A stretch of DNA of 64,000 nt from Bacteroidota bacterium (GCA_018266735.1 JAFDZT010000002.1:172439-236438), one strand, 5' to 3'; positions 1-12,072 are shown, counted from the first letter of the stretch. Notes: generated from the sequence alone by a model not told the origin. Program-made: numbers and translations.

Positions 1-36
1 CATTCGAAGTTCGTTCATGCATAGAGACCAGAGATA

Positions 37-873
37 ATGAAAACAACACTGACAATCTTATTCATTTCCATGTCTACAATGGCTTTCGGACAAACTGATA
101 TCATAAGAAAGTATCAAACGGCAGACAGTTTACTTACAGCCAACAATTATTTGGCTGCTTACGCCATTCTTGGAGAAATCGAACCTAAATGTGACGCTAG
201 AGACAGTCTATACAGCAAAATCCTTTGGTGTTACGTTGGTGCTACAACTGAACTAGAAAAGCAAAACAGAATGAATGAGGTGTTTGACAAATCGTTGCAT
301 TACGGACTCGAAGCACTTAAACTTATAGAAAAGGGGAAGCCATACTTTGGTGCTAATTATGCGAGCAGAGAAATCTTGATGACTAAGAATATTGTAGTCT
401 CATACTTTGGATTAGGACAGATAGATAGTGCAACAAGGTACAAAAGCGTTCTCTACAAAGCATACAAAGACAAGCGGCTTCCTAAAGGTCTCGACGAATC
501 TTTCAACTTCACTTTTTTCAAATGGGAGGACAAGAATGTCTGGGGATATGAAAGGTATGAGGAGTTACCAAAAAACAGATTTGGCAGAAGTTTCTCCAAA
601 ATCATCTATTTCGTTTATAGCACAAATCCAGATGGCTCTGATAAAGACCCGCTTTACAGACTTCACGTACTTATGTTTCATAATATCGACCCGTCAAATG
701 GGATCGATTATGTACTATCTAAGCAGCTTGACACTGCGACAAACGAAGTTAGCGGTACGTTCTACGCATATACGTATACAGAGGATATCAACTTCGCTAA
801 ACTTCAGGCAGACATAAGGGAGGTACTGAAAGGGAACTATGAGCCCACGAAGGAATCGACTAACAAGAAATGA
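37..873 (+). CDS. Hypothetical secreted protein of 278 aa with an N-terminal signal peptide (MKTTLTILFISMSTMAFGQ). It lies in a markedly AT-rich segment that is atypical for this genome.
   Basis: Complete ORF in the track. Hydrophobic N-terminus followed by an A-x-G-Q type cleavage context. Codon usage is AT3-rich, unlike the rest of the window. No family recognised. Confidence 0.5.
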   Translation: MKTTLTILFISMSTMAFGQTDIIRKYQTADSLLTANNYLAAYAILGEIEPKCDARDSLYSKILWCYVGATTELEKQNRMNEVFDKSLHYGLEALKLIEKGKPYFGANYASREILMTKNIVVSYFGLGQIDSATRYKSVLYKAYKDKRLPKGLDESFNFTFFKWEDKNVWGYERYEELPKNRFGRSFSKIIYFVYSTNPDGSDKDPLYRLHVLMFHNIDPSNGIDYVLSKQLDTATNEVSGTFYAYTYTEDINFAKLQADIREVLKGNYEPTKESTNKK

Positions 874-893
874 GAAGCAACGCCAACGACAGA

Positions 894-2168
894 TGAACTG
901 GTCCTCTTGATGTAGACACTCTGGATAGTCAGTGTTTTGAACAACTGACCAATTGGAGACGACCATGGCAAGAGAGCGAAGAGTCTTTGATGAAGCATTC
1001 AAGGCGAATGCTCTGCGGCGACTGGATGCCAGAAACACAGCGGCGGCAGTAGCGCAAGAGCTTGATATCGCGGTGGAGATGCTGTACCGCTGAAGAATGA
1101 ACCTGCTGTGAAGAGTTCACTAGGGCATCAGTCGAATGAGGAGTTGCGTGCAGAACTGCGAGCGATGAAGAAGCTTGCGGAGCGCGCAGAGATAGAGGCT
1201 GCCATCCTAGAAAAGCGGATTCGATCTTCGACGCGACACCGACAAAGGAATGACGCATATGTTCATCCATCGACACAAGCGAGAGTGGCCGGTGAGCGTG
1301 ATGTGCGCGGTTCTGGAGGTGCATCCGAGCGGCTACTATGCATGGGTATAGCGCTCGCCGAGCACGAAAAGGATAGGCACCGCACCATCGTATTAGAGAT
1401 GCGCAACCATTACAGTAAGTCGCGACGTGCTAGTGGGAGTAGACGCCTCTGCAAGTCACTGAACGATGCTGGAATACGTGTTGGGCGTCACCTCCTTCGG
1501 CGACTCATGCGAGAATAAGGCATCGTGGCAAAGCGCACACCGAATCAACGTGTGACGACCACCGACAGCAACCATTCGCATCGAACCGCGCCGAACCACT
1601 TGAACCGTGACTTCCAAGCGGCCATGCCGAATCAGAAATGGTGCGCGGATCTCACCTACATACCAACAAGCGCAGGCTTCGTGTACTTGGCTGTCGTACT
1701 TGATCTGTTCTCACGTCGTGTTGTCGGTTGGCACGTCGCGGACACAATGACGCAGGAACTGACGATCACTGCACTCAAACGCGCTATGCGACTGAGGAAG
1801 TATCCCAAGAACGTTCTCGTCCATACAGACCGTGGATCTCAGTATGCCGCAGAAGTGTATCGGGACATTCTCCGCGGCTTTGGCGGCATAGCCAGCATCA
1901 GTCGTAAAGGAGACCCCTGGGACAACGCTCCAATGGAATCGTTCTTTGCCACACTGAAGATCGAAGCATTCGACGAGATCACCTTCAAAGATGTAGATCA
2001 CGTCAGAACGGAAGCACTGCAGTATATTGAGAACGAGTACAATCGTTCACGGCTGCACTCAACAATCGGCTATTCGACGCCCGTTCATTTCGAGCGAGCA
2101 TTCAATTCGAACAAACAATTGACTATCACAAGTGTCTAGACAAACAGGACCATTTCAGAGTTGATCCA
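894..2168 (+). mobile_element. Degenerate IS3-family insertion sequence of about 1.27 kb. It has imperfect terminal inverted repeats (TGAACTGGTCCTCTTGATGTAGACACT ... AGTGTCTAGACAAACAGGACCAT..TTGATCCA) and the TG...CA ends typical of IS3.
   Basis: orfA/orfB architecture with the DDE integrase motifs of IS3 transposases (see pseudogene feature). The ends share the GGTCCT and (T)AGACACT blocks in inverted orientation. The left flank is AGA and the right flank is TGA, so there is no clean 3-bp target-site duplication. Boundaries are uncertain by a few nt. Confidence 0.6.
965..2139 (+). pseudogene. IS3-family transposase (orfA helix-turn-helix, leucine zipper, orfB DDE integrase), disrupted. The HTH segment (965-1093, MARERRVFDEAFKANALRRL...ELDIAVEMLYR*) is in a different frame from the zipper/orfB segment (1108-1518). 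A TAA at 1516-1518 sits where Leu is expected in the conserved RLMRE-L-G motif, immediately before the catalytic part (1525-2139: VVLDLFSRRVVGW, HTDRGSQY, DNAPMESFF).
   Basis: Three ORF-track pieces (1108..1518, 1525..2139, plus the untracked 965..1093) together reconstruct a canonical IS3 OrfAB. Established knowledge of IS3 OrfA (HTH + LZ) and OrfB (DDE) motifs. One frameshift and one nonsense codon are seen directly in the sequence. Confidence 0.7.
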
Positions 2169-2773
2169 TGACATTCCTCTACGCAGCAAGAGCCACCTAT
2201 AACGAAGAGTACTCGTCATGGCAAGGATACATACAGTGGTCCAGATTGACGCACTTGAAAGAACTTGTTTCCCTTGACGGACCTCTCAACGGGGATATCG
2301 TTGAGCCAGACTATGATAGTGCGGATGATTGGAACTACATTCACACGGTCGAGAACGAACACACAGATCTTTATGATAGTCTTCAGACAGGCTTCTACAC
2401 TTCCCTTGACTATGTGCTCAAACGCGTGAGCACCACAGTGGAATTCAATCTCTTGACTGTCGTCATCGAGCCAGGCCAAGAGTGTAGCGTGATCGAACGA
2501 GAGGGATTTGAGTTCATTGGATATGACCTCCTCGACAAGGATTTCAGCATCAGTGCATTAACAAATTGTGGTGGCTTCGACGAGACATTCCTACCTTCAG
2601 ATCAGAACGACAAGGGCCTCATAAACGAGCTCGCGAAAGCGTATGACATCAAACGGCGTCTCTTGGAGAACAACCCCGACGAAACGCATGCGGACACGAA
2701 CGTCATCGCTATCTGGCGGCACAAGACCCTTGGCCGAATCAACGGAGTAGTTTCGTTGCTACCCAATACCTAG
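2168..2773 (+). CDS. Hypothetical protein of 201 aa. Its ATG overlaps the last base of the IS3 right end. GC content is intermediate. No family recognised.
   Basis: ORF in the track. Its start abuts the IS right inverted repeat, so its native 5' end or promoter may have been replaced or truncated by the IS. Confidence 0.4.
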   Translation: MTFLYAARATYNEEYSSWQGYIQWSRLTHLKELVSLDGPLNGDIVEPDYDSADDWNYIHTVENEHTDLYDSLQTGFYTSLDYVLKRVSTTVEFNLLTVVIEPGQECSVIEREGFEFIGYDLLDKDFSISALTNCGGFDETFLPSDQNDKGLINELAKAYDIKRRLLENNPDETHADTNVIAIWRHKTLGRINGVVSLLPNT

Positions 2774-2798
2774 ACGCCACAGACAGCTACTTGTGTTG

Positions 2799-4607
2799 TC
2801 ATTTCGGCGTCGTGACGAGAACACCTCTCGCAAAAACCTCTTCCCATGTTCCGTTCGATGTTCTCCCATTGAGACGCGACAAGACCAGGGCAACGTTGTA
2901 GTCGGGGAACTTGTCGCTTTGCAGATTCACACTGATTGTTGTTGTATCTGACCGGTCACTGATCTGAGCGAGAACCTTGGCGAGATCGAACGTATCAGCT
3001 CGTCCAGTGGGATCTTGCAACCGCCACATTGTACCTTTCGAACGCAGTATCTCGAAGAGCCACGTGCCGTTGTGTTCAAGTCGCAACGTGTCTTCGCTCC
3101 GCGATACCGGCTGATTCCAGTTCAGTGCAAACGGCGTGATCGATGCACCCTTCATGTGTGAAACAGCATGCGCCGTCCTCGAGGTACTGCCGTCACCGAT
3201 CGCAAACGCGCCGGATTCCTCCAGATCGACCTCCGTCCACACACCCATATAGACCTCGATCTTCACGGAGTCACGATCGGGCATCCGGTCTGCATGAATG
3301 GATGCGAGCCATGTGTCCATGCGACTGTTCGATTCATACGTGGTGAGGTAGCGTAGCGTCGACTGCACGATGCGCTTGTCCTGCTCCGAAAGCTGTTGTG
3401 CCTTGGCAATGTCGTACCGCCCATCGTGCACCACACCACCGGCGCGCAACACGTCTTCCGCGCGTTGGGTCTGACTTCGATAGGCAACCTGCAGCATCCC
3501 AATGGGACCGCTCACCGAGACGATGCAGGCAAGGAGCAAGGCAGCAGGGATGATGCGAAGATCGGGGTTGCGAACGATGGCCAGATACAGTGCCAACACG
3601 GTCAGGACCACGGCAAGAGCAAGGCCCAGATACCGTTGTTCCGTGATGCCATAGGTTTGTACGCGCACGATCAAGGCGATCCAGAGCAAGACGCAGAGCG
3701 GTAGCATGAGCCGACCGAACCACGAGGCATAGAAGTGGATCCATGCATGCTCTGCATCGTTGCGCAGCGGATAGAGCAAGAGGAAGGAGAGGGTTCCCAC
3801 AACGGCCAATGTATCGATGAAGTAGGCCACAGACCCGTTGAGCTGCGTGAAGAACAACACCTTGATGCCATAGGCATAGAGGATGCAGAGAAAGACGAGC
3901 ACTAACGGGAGCAGCACGTATTGGACGAAGATCCGGAGTCCGCGCGGGAACGACGGTGTAGTACGCTCAGCATCATCCGACGGAGGAAGGGGAATGCCGC
4001 CGAGGACGAACCATGTGTTGAACAACCCGAGCAGGACAGCCCACAACGCGCCATACCACGATCCGTTCACATCAAGACCGAACAGCTCGTTCAAGGCGAA
4101 GAGGGCAAGATTCAGTCCGCTCCCAAGCACCACCGTGAACAATCCAGCCGTGAGTGTTCGTAAGAACAGTGCCTTGTTCAAATCCCAGAACTCCAGCCGA
4201 TCACGTCGCCACATCGCACTCAATGCAACCAGTAGGTGAACGGCGAGTATGATCACACCACATTGCAGTTCGTCCCACGTTGTGAACGAGAACACCCACA
4301 TGTACCACGTGACCGCTGCTGCAGCCGTAACAACGGTGCCAACCTGAACCGGCCACGTGATCTTTCCGGCTTCACGTGTAAGCGAGAGAGAGAGCGTCGT
4401 ACTCAGAAGGATGATGCAGCCAAGGATGATGCGCGAATACACGCGCAGGGACAACGGATCGGTCGTCGTGTACAGCGGGATCTCGAGAGCAAGCATGACC
4501 GCTGCCATCGAGCCCACAACGGCAATGAGGATCTCAAGGGGGAAACGACGCATCGTCCGCGTCGTGTGCATCTGTAGATCTCGAAACGAGGGAAGTTTCA
4601 TCTTCAT
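2799..4607 (-). CDS. Large polytopic membrane protein of 602 aa. The N-terminal roughly 380 aa form many transmembrane helices, followed by a soluble C-terminal beta-rich domain. Possibly DUF4153-like.
   Basis: Long runs of hydrophobic segments (LEILIAVVGSMAAVMLAL, IILGCIILLSTTLSL, etc.). It lies downstream of ppx on the same strand. The family name comes from memory only. Confidence 0.55.
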   Translation of the reverse strand: MKMKLPSFRDLQMHTTRTMRRFPLEILIAVVGSMAAVMLALEIPLYTTTDPLSLRVYSRIILGCIILLSTTLSLSLTREAGKITWPVQVGTVVTAAAAVTWYMWVFSFTTWDELQCGVIILAVHLLVALSAMWRRDRLEFWDLNKALFLRTLTAGLFTVVLGSGLNLALFALNELFGLDVNGSWYGALWAVLLGLFNTWFVLGGIPLPPSDDAERTTPSFPRGLRIFVQYVLLPLVLVFLCILYAYGIKVLFFTQLNGSVAYFIDTLAVVGTLSFLLLYPLRNDAEHAWIHFYASWFGRLMLPLCVLLWIALIVRVQTYGITEQRYLGLALAVVLTVLALYLAIVRNPDLRIIPAALLLACIVSVSGPIGMLQVAYRSQTQRAEDVLRAGGVVHDGRYDIAKAQQLSEQDKRIVQSTLRYLTTYESNSRMDTWLASIHADRMPDRDSVKIEVYMGVWTEVDLEESGAFAIGDGSTSRTAHAVSHMKGASITPFALNWNQPVSRSEDTLRLEHNGTWLFEILRSKGTMWRLQDPTGRADTFDLAKVLAQISDRSDTTTISVNLQSDKFPDYNVALVLSRLNGRTSNGTWEEVFARGVLVTTPK

Positions 4608-4625
4608 CTCCCGGTGTACTGAATG

Positions 4626-5530
4626 CTATCCGCCGTCGCCCAGTGAAAATAGTACGCCATATCGCACACCGCATGTGCTCACGATCACGGTATCGATCCC
4701 GAAGCATTGCATCATTCTGTCCAGCAACAATGCGCCCGCCGGGAGAATGTCGATGCGCTTCGGGTGAACGGCAGGTAACTGCCGCAACTGCTCACGATCC
4801 ATGCCAACGAGCATGGAGGCGAGGCGGTGGACGGTTTGAGCGGTGAGGAGGTGTCCGTCGATGCGCGCAGCATCGAAAACATCGAGATGCAGGTCGAGCG
4901 TTGCCAAGGCCGTGGGCGTTCCGGCCGCGGCGAAAACGGCGCGACCTGATGCGGCGAAGCGTTGGTCGTACGGACGGAGCGTGTCATCGATGTATGCAAT
5001 GGCCTCGGCCATGACGTCGGACGGTGGGGGACGGTGGGCGAAGTATCGCTCCGTCAAGCGCACGGCACCGATGTTCATGCTGACGGAATCAGCGACCGTC
5101 GATCCATGACCGCAGACGATCTCCGTCGACCCGCCACCGATATCGATGGCCATGCTCGGTTGGTCGCCGCGCACCGTTCCGCGAAACGTCAGCCGTGCCT
5201 CCTCGCCTCCTTCGATGACCTCGATCTCTGTGCCGATGATCTCGCTGAGCGTGGTGCGAACGATGGCGCTGTTGCGCGCATCGCGCATGGCACTGGTGGC
5301 AACGGCGCGCAGACGGTGGACGCCGCATTCGTCGCAGCGACGTCGATACTGTGACAGGATCTCGGATGCACGCACAATGGCATCGTCGGAGATCACACCG
5401 GTTGCGTCGACGCCTTCGCCAAGACGTGCAATGGAATGCACGTCGTCGATCGTACGCCACGATCCATCGGCCATGTGCTCACCGATCACCATGAGGATGG
5501 TGTTGGTGCCGATGTCGATACCGGCGCCGA

Positions 5531-5534
<4 letters not shown>
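4626..5534 (-). CDS. ppx: Ppx/GppA family phosphatase (exopolyphosphatase / guanosine pentaphosphate phosphohydrolase N-terminal domain), 302 aa.
   Basis: N-terminal [19 protein letters not shown]..., a glycine-rich actin-like ATPase fold signature typical of Ppx/GppA. Its start overlaps the mutase stop by 4 nt. Confidence 0.75.
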
Positions 5535-7660
<2,126 letters not shown>

Positions 7661-7682
7661 GCACGAAAATACGGAAGCTTGG

Positions 7683-8849
7683 CTAGCGGTACGGCGTTGC
7701 CTTGAAGCGTTCTGCATCGGCATGGGAGCCGCCATAGTCGCTCCAGCCGAGCACCTTGTCGTACTGTTTGATCGCAAGCTCGCGCTTGCCCTGCAGGTCG
7801 TAGATCTGACCGATCTTCAAATTGGTCTTAATCATGAAACCAGAGGGGTCTTGATCCAGAACGCGACTGGCTTCGTCGGCCTTGTAGAAGTACTTCAGTG
7901 CCATGGGCAGGTCCTGCTTCATCATGAGCGCCATGCCGATATAGTACAGTGCCTCACGTGCAGTATTTGTCACATAACCATACTGCTTTGCAATGCAGCG
8001 GTTCAGGACGTCGCGCCAGAGGATCTCCATGGTGTCGAGCGGACCTGTTACAACCAGTACGCGACCGAAAAACGAATGGAAGTAGGGATTGTTCGGATAC
8101 TTCTTGTTCAACTCCCTGGCAATGACCACGGCCTTTTGATAGTCCTTCTCCCACTCGTAGTACACCTGCAACAGCACCACCTGTGCTTCGACGCGAGCAT
8201 AGCGAGCTTGTCGTGCAGCGGCCTGCAATTGCAGGATGCCAAGCGCTTTGTCGCCGGAGCGGAAGAACGTCATGATCGGACTGAGCACCGGATACTTCTC
8301 GGGCAAGGCAATGGCAAAGTAGTTGTACAGGCCGGTGCCCAGCATGATGTCGTGATTGTTGGGAGCGATGCGCTGACATTCCTCGAGCAGATCCAGCGCA
8401 TCCTTTCCGTCGTTCGCCGCCTTGATCATGCTCTCGCGCGTTGCATAGAACCGTCCGCGAAATCCGAGAGCTCCGCCCTTGAAGAACAGACCCATGAGAT
8501 TCTTCGGATCGGCCTCGAGCGACCGATCGCAGACCTCCAGCACTTTCTCGATCTTCTGCAGGAACCACTCGTCATTCGAATACACATTGCGATTCAGGTT
8601 GATCTTCCACCATTCCACCATGGCATCCATGAAGTAGCCGGCCGGATGTTCGGGATACAACTTCTTCACGTATTCGAAGCAGGCATGGGCACTGTCGAAG
8701 CGCACGTTATAGATGTAGTCGATGCCCTTCTGCATGGCACTGTCGGCATCGTGCTGAAGGATGATCCATTGTGCCGACGAGGGAACGGTCCACCCCATGA
8801 ACATCATGAGGGCAATGAGGGTGGAACGGAGGAGGGGAGCGCGTTTCAT
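7683..8849 (-). CDS. Secreted tetratricopeptide-repeat (TPR) protein of 388 aa with a signal peptide.
   Basis: N-terminal [27 protein letters not shown]. Repeated 34-residue helical motifs with the conserved W/Y-G-A-Y-P TPR pattern. Confidence 0.7.
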   Translation of the reverse strand: MKRAPLLRSTLIALMMFMGWTVPSSAQWIILQHDADSAMQKGIDYIYNVRFDSAHACFEYVKKLYPEHPAGYFMDAMVEWWKINLNRNVYSNDEWFLQKIEKVLEVCDRSLEADPKNLMGLFFKGGALGFRGRFYATRESMIKAANDGKDALDLLEECQRIAPNNHDIMLGTGLYNYFAIALPEKYPVLSPIMTFFRSGDKALGILQLQAAARQARYARVEAQVVLLQVYYEWEKDYQKAVVIARELNKKYPNNPYFHSFFGRVLVVTGPLDTMEILWRDVLNRCIAKQYGYVTNTAREALYYIGMALMMKQDLPMALKYFYKADEASRVLDQDPSGFMIKTNLKIGQIYDLQGKRELAIKQYDKVLGWSDYGGSHADAERFKATPYR

Positions 8850-9739
8850 GATGCTGTTATAGTAAGTGCCTCAAGATGGGACCGACGATACCGTGCTGCC
8901 ACAACATAGGCAGAACCGGGAATGCGACGTGCCACGATGATGGTTGCGCCAACCAGCAAGAACGTCGTGAGCAGTCCTTCTTCTACACCAAAGGAACCGC
9001 TCACCAACCATTGAAGCGATGACGCCGCATGCGAGAGATCGAGGACGACCCATCCACCGCCAAGATCGTTTCCCGACACATCTCCAAAGCAAAGTGCGAC
9101 GAGAAGATTCCACACGATGTGGAAGAAGATGGAAGGCCACAACGATGACGAACGCATGAGCATGGTGCCCATCAACACGCCGGCAAAGAAGACGTTCACC
9201 AAGGCAAGTACCGACACGTCGGGATTGCCCGCATGCGCCGCAGCGAAGAGCAGCGACGTGAGCAACACGGCAGCCGTTCCGCCGAACCGTTCTTCGATAG
9301 CAAGAAAGATGGTTCCACGAAACAGGATCTCTTCACCAACGGCCGCGACGATGATCGTGGCGATGATGCCCACGAGCGGACGTGCAGACGCGGGAGCGGG
9401 AACGAACGTTCCACCGATGGCCAATGCAGCGAGAGCGATCACTGCAAGGGAAGCAAGAGCAACGGCCGTGCCCCACAGCATCTCACGTGCCGTGGTCTCA
9501 CCAACATAGAGTCCGCACGTATACCATACCGACCCTTTCCGCCCTGCCTCCATACCGATCATCAATGCCGTAAGGGCACCATACAACGTGCATTGTGCAA
9601 GCAACGGATCGTGCACGAAGGGAAGGACGGCAGCGCCAACGACGGCTGTTCCTCCAAGGGTGACAAGGATGCGGAACCACCACCGAGCGAGCAGACGTTC
9701 ACGCACCGTGACGCACCGCACGAAATTCACGAACACCAC
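8846..9739 (-). CDS. CPBP family intramembrane glutamic metalloprotease (CAAX protease / Abi-like).
   Basis: The canonical CPBP motifs EEILFRG, FAAAH and HIVWN are embedded in a polytopic membrane protein. 4-nt overlap with the downstream TPR gene. Confidence 0.75.
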   Translation of the reverse strand: MVFVNFVRCVTVRERLLARWWFRILVTLGGTAVVGAAVLPFVHDPLLAQCTLYGALTALMIGMEAGRKGSVWYTCGLYVGETTAREMLWGTAVALASLAVIALAALAIGGTFVPAPASARPLVGIIATIIVAAVGEEILFRGTIFLAIEERFGGTAAVLLTSLLFAAAHAGNPDVSVLALVNVFFAGVLMGTMLMRSSSLWPSIFFHIVWNLLVALCFGDVSGNDLGGGWVVLDLSHAASSLQWLVSGSFGVEEGLLTTFLLVGATIIVARRIPGSAYVVAARYRRSHLEALTITAS

Positions 9740-10166
9740 ACATCATTGCCGTAGCAGCGGCCGCCATCACGGCATCGAATGCAGGAAGACAGGCAAGGGC
9801 CGCAAGGGCGGCGGGGACAAGGGTGCGCATTGGTCGACCGAAGCCCACACGACGCATCCATTCGTGGATGAGGATGCCCATCACCGGAACGGTGGCAAAG
9901 ACAAGGTCAAGACTTCGCGCCGGATCCGTTGTCTCCGTGATGGAGAGAGCGGCAAGACAAAGTCCGAAGCCAACGGCCGCAATGGACACCGTGGTGCCGC
10001 CATAGCGGAGGTCGATGCTCATGGCAACGTACAAGGCCACCACAACAGGGAGAAAGACCACGGCGCGGATGCCGAGCGGAACGAACGGACCGACGACGGC
10101 CACACTGATGATGGCGGCGATCATCACCGGATTTTCGAAACGTCGTGCGCGAGGATAGGACAACAT
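9699..10166 (-). CDS. Small polytopic membrane protein (155 aa, 4-5 predicted transmembrane helices). Start MLSYPRARR at 10166. The track ORF 9699..10664 carries a spurious N-terminal extension.
   Basis: Hydrophobic helices (MIAAIISVAVVGPFVPLGIRAVVFLPVVVALYVAM ...). Its ATG overlaps the stop of the upstream HicB-like gene (TGATG). Confidence 0.5.
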   Translation of the reverse strand: MLSYPRARRFENPVMIAAIISVAVVGPFVPLGIRAVVFLPVVVALYVAMSIDLRYGGTTVSIAAVGFGLCLAALSITETTDPARSLDLVFATVPVMGILIHEWMRRVGFGRPMRTLVPAALAALACLPAFDAVMAAAATAMMCGVREFRAVRHGA

Positions 10167-10363
10167 CAGTTCTGGTTCTGTGCTGAACGTTCCTTGATCT
10201 TGGCGATGTGGTCGAGGACAAAGGCCTTCATGGCATCTTCCACTTCCACGTGCTCCGATCCCTTGATCATGTGGGCCAGTTGCGGACAGTAGGATGCGTA
10301 GTCGCCGTCGCCGCGCTTGCGAATGAGGATCTCGTAGTCTTGTTGATCGATGGATTCGAACAT
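10166..10363 (-). CDS. HicB/UPF0150-like small protein of 65 aa (MFESIDQQDYEILIRKRGDGDYASYCPQLAHMIKGSEHVEVEDAMKAFVLDHIAKIKE...). An orphan antitoxin-like fold with no adjacent HicA.
   Basis: Pattern Y-x-I-x-I-x-K..D(G/S)DY.(V/A)S.P(D/Q)L.(G/A)....G.T.EEA...A.EAL.LHI, characteristic of HicB-family antitoxins, recalled from memory. SD-like AAAGGAAG lies upstream of the ATG. Confidence 0.5.
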   Translation of the reverse strand: MFESIDQQDYEILIRKRGDGDYASYCPQLAHMIKGSEHVEVEDAMKAFVLDHIAKIKERSAQNQN

Positions 10364-10377
10364 GATGCTTCCTTTGG

Positions 10378-11979
10378 TCAACGATACTTGGAAAGTTTTG
10401 ATTGCAGGGTCGTGCGTTCGGGATCGCGGCGCTGTGATTCCTGCCATGCGCGCACAGCTTCGTCGATAAGACCGAGCTGCTCGAACACATCACCCAAGTG
10501 TTCGTAGTGCGTGGCATTGCCACCACCACGAGCGATGCAGCGTTCGAGATAGGTGCGTGCCTTGTCGTACTCGCCAAGCTGATAGAGCACCCATGCATAC
10601 GTGTCGAGGTAGGCAGGATTCGCAGGATACTGTTGCAGGGCTCGCCACGACATGGAACGCGCACGTTGGAGGTCTTTGTTGCGCACCGACAGCGAGTAGG
10701 CGTAGTTGTTGTTCACCAGATGATTGTCGGGATCGAGCAGCAAGGCACGGTCGTAGGCCATGTCCGACGAGTCCATCTGATCCAGTGCATCGTACACCAC
10801 GCCCAACTGGATCCATGCATCGAGATACGTGGAGTCGATCCCGATGGCACGTCGATACAACTGCGATGCCTCTGCATCACGGTCCAGCTGTTGTTTGCAG
10901 AAGCCCATCATGTAGTGGAAGCGCGGATCGTAGGGGAAGAGCACAAGCGAACGCGAGAGAATGTCGTAGGCATCCTGCATCCGATCGAACGACATGTAGG
11001 ACTGCGCCGCACCCAACGGCGCATCGGCAATACCGCGTGCTGCCTTGATCGCCGCCGAGAACAAGGCAAAGGCACGCGACGACTCGTTGATGCGAAGGGC
11101 AAGTGCACCCGCAGCAATGAAGACCCGCCACTGCCGAGCATCACGGAGGGAAGCTTTCTGCAGTACGGCCTGAGCTGCCGTGGACTTCGTCGTCGTCGTG
11201 AGTGAATCTTCAAGAAAGGCCGTGATGGCGGCAAGCCATACTTGCTCGCTCCCACCTGTGACCGATGCTTCGTTCCAGCGCGTGAGGATACTGTCGAGTC
11301 CATCCATGTGCGACGTTGCCACGTAGACGGCCGCAAGCTCGGCAGCAAGGTCTGCATCGTCGGGATCGAGCTTCATCGCGCGCTCCATCGTCCACGTGCG
11401 CTGGTCCGGGCGGCGCGTGCGCGCATACAGGTCCGCCAAGCGCCGATACACCCCTTCGTCGGGCTGCATCGTCACGAGCTGTTCGAACACGGCAATGGCC
11501 TTGTCGGGATCGCGCGGTTCGTACATGCGACCGAGCGTGTAGAGCTGCTGCTTGGTAGGGTGGAGGTCGCGAAGGCGTTCATAGGCCGACATGGCCTCGT
11601 CATACCGTCCTTGCGTCACATAGATCTCGGCCATCAACTCCCACGACTCGGCATGGAGCGTATCGATGCGGACAGCGGCCTGGACGGCCTCGAGGGCAAG
11701 ATCGAACTTGCGAATGGCAGCATAGCTCTGTGCCATGGCACGAAGCGTCGCGGCACTTGAATCATAGCGCAACGCTTGCTGGAATTCCAGGATGGCCTCG
11801 GCATGCCGATTCCCCTGTATCTGCATCGTGCTGCCATTGATGAAGTACTCTGTGGCCTTGCGATGCATCTGTGCACTATCGGCCGTCCCCTGTGCTGACG
11901 TCCACACCACGGCGTACCAGCCCATGCAAATGCAGAGGCCAACACGAACGGATAGGGTGGTGGGGGGCAGGGCCATCAT
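10378..11979 (-). CDS. Secreted TPR-repeat protein of 533 aa.
   Basis: Signal-peptide-like N-terminus followed by many TPR-like helical repeats (AEAILEFQQALRYD, AESWELMAEIYVTQGRYDEAMSAYERL, etc.). Confidence 0.7.
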   Translation of the reverse strand: MMALPPTTLSVRVGLCICMGWYAVVWTSAQGTADSAQMHRKATEYFINGSTMQIQGNRHAEAILEFQQALRYDSSAATLRAMAQSYAAIRKFDLALEAVQAAVRIDTLHAESWELMAEIYVTQGRYDEAMSAYERLRDLHPTKQQLYTLGRMYEPRDPDKAIAVFEQLVTMQPDEGVYRRLADLYARTRRPDQRTWTMERAMKLDPDDADLAAELAAVYVATSHMDGLDSILTRWNEASVTGGSEQVWLAAITAFLEDSLTTTTKSTAAQAVLQKASLRDARQWRVFIAAGALALRINESSRAFALFSAAIKAARGIADAPLGAAQSYMSFDRMQDAYDILSRSLVLFPYDPRFHYMMGFCKQQLDRDAEASQLYRRAIGIDSTYLDAWIQLGVVYDALDQMDSSDMAYDRALLLDPDNHLVNNNYAYSLSVRNKDLQRARSMSWRALQQYPANPAYLDTYAWVLYQLGEYDKARTYLERCIARGGGNATHYEHLGDVFEQLGLIDEAVRAWQESQRRDPERTTLQSKLSKYR

Positions 11980-12025
11980 GATCTGGTAAAGACTCGTAAC
12001 GCCGTGAGAAATTATGTGGCGGAAA

Positions 12026-12056
12026 CGAAAAAAGGCCGCCCAAGGGCGACCTTTTA
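12026..12056 (-). terminator. Rho-independent terminator downstream of rpmB (GGTCGCCCTTGGGCGGCC stem followed by a T-run on the minus strand).
   Basis: GC-rich imperfect hairpin AAAAAGGCCGCCCAAGGGCGACCTTTT read on the plus strand. On the minus strand the stem is followed by TTTTTT. Confidence 0.5.
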
Positions 12057-12072
12057 AGAGATGTTCAGCGGA

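Noticed and set aside
9699-10664. 321-aa track ORF on the minus strand.
   Set aside because: Only the C-terminal 155 aa, from MLSYPRARR at 10166, look protein-like. The upstream part is an out-of-context extension that overlaps the HicB-like gene in another frame.
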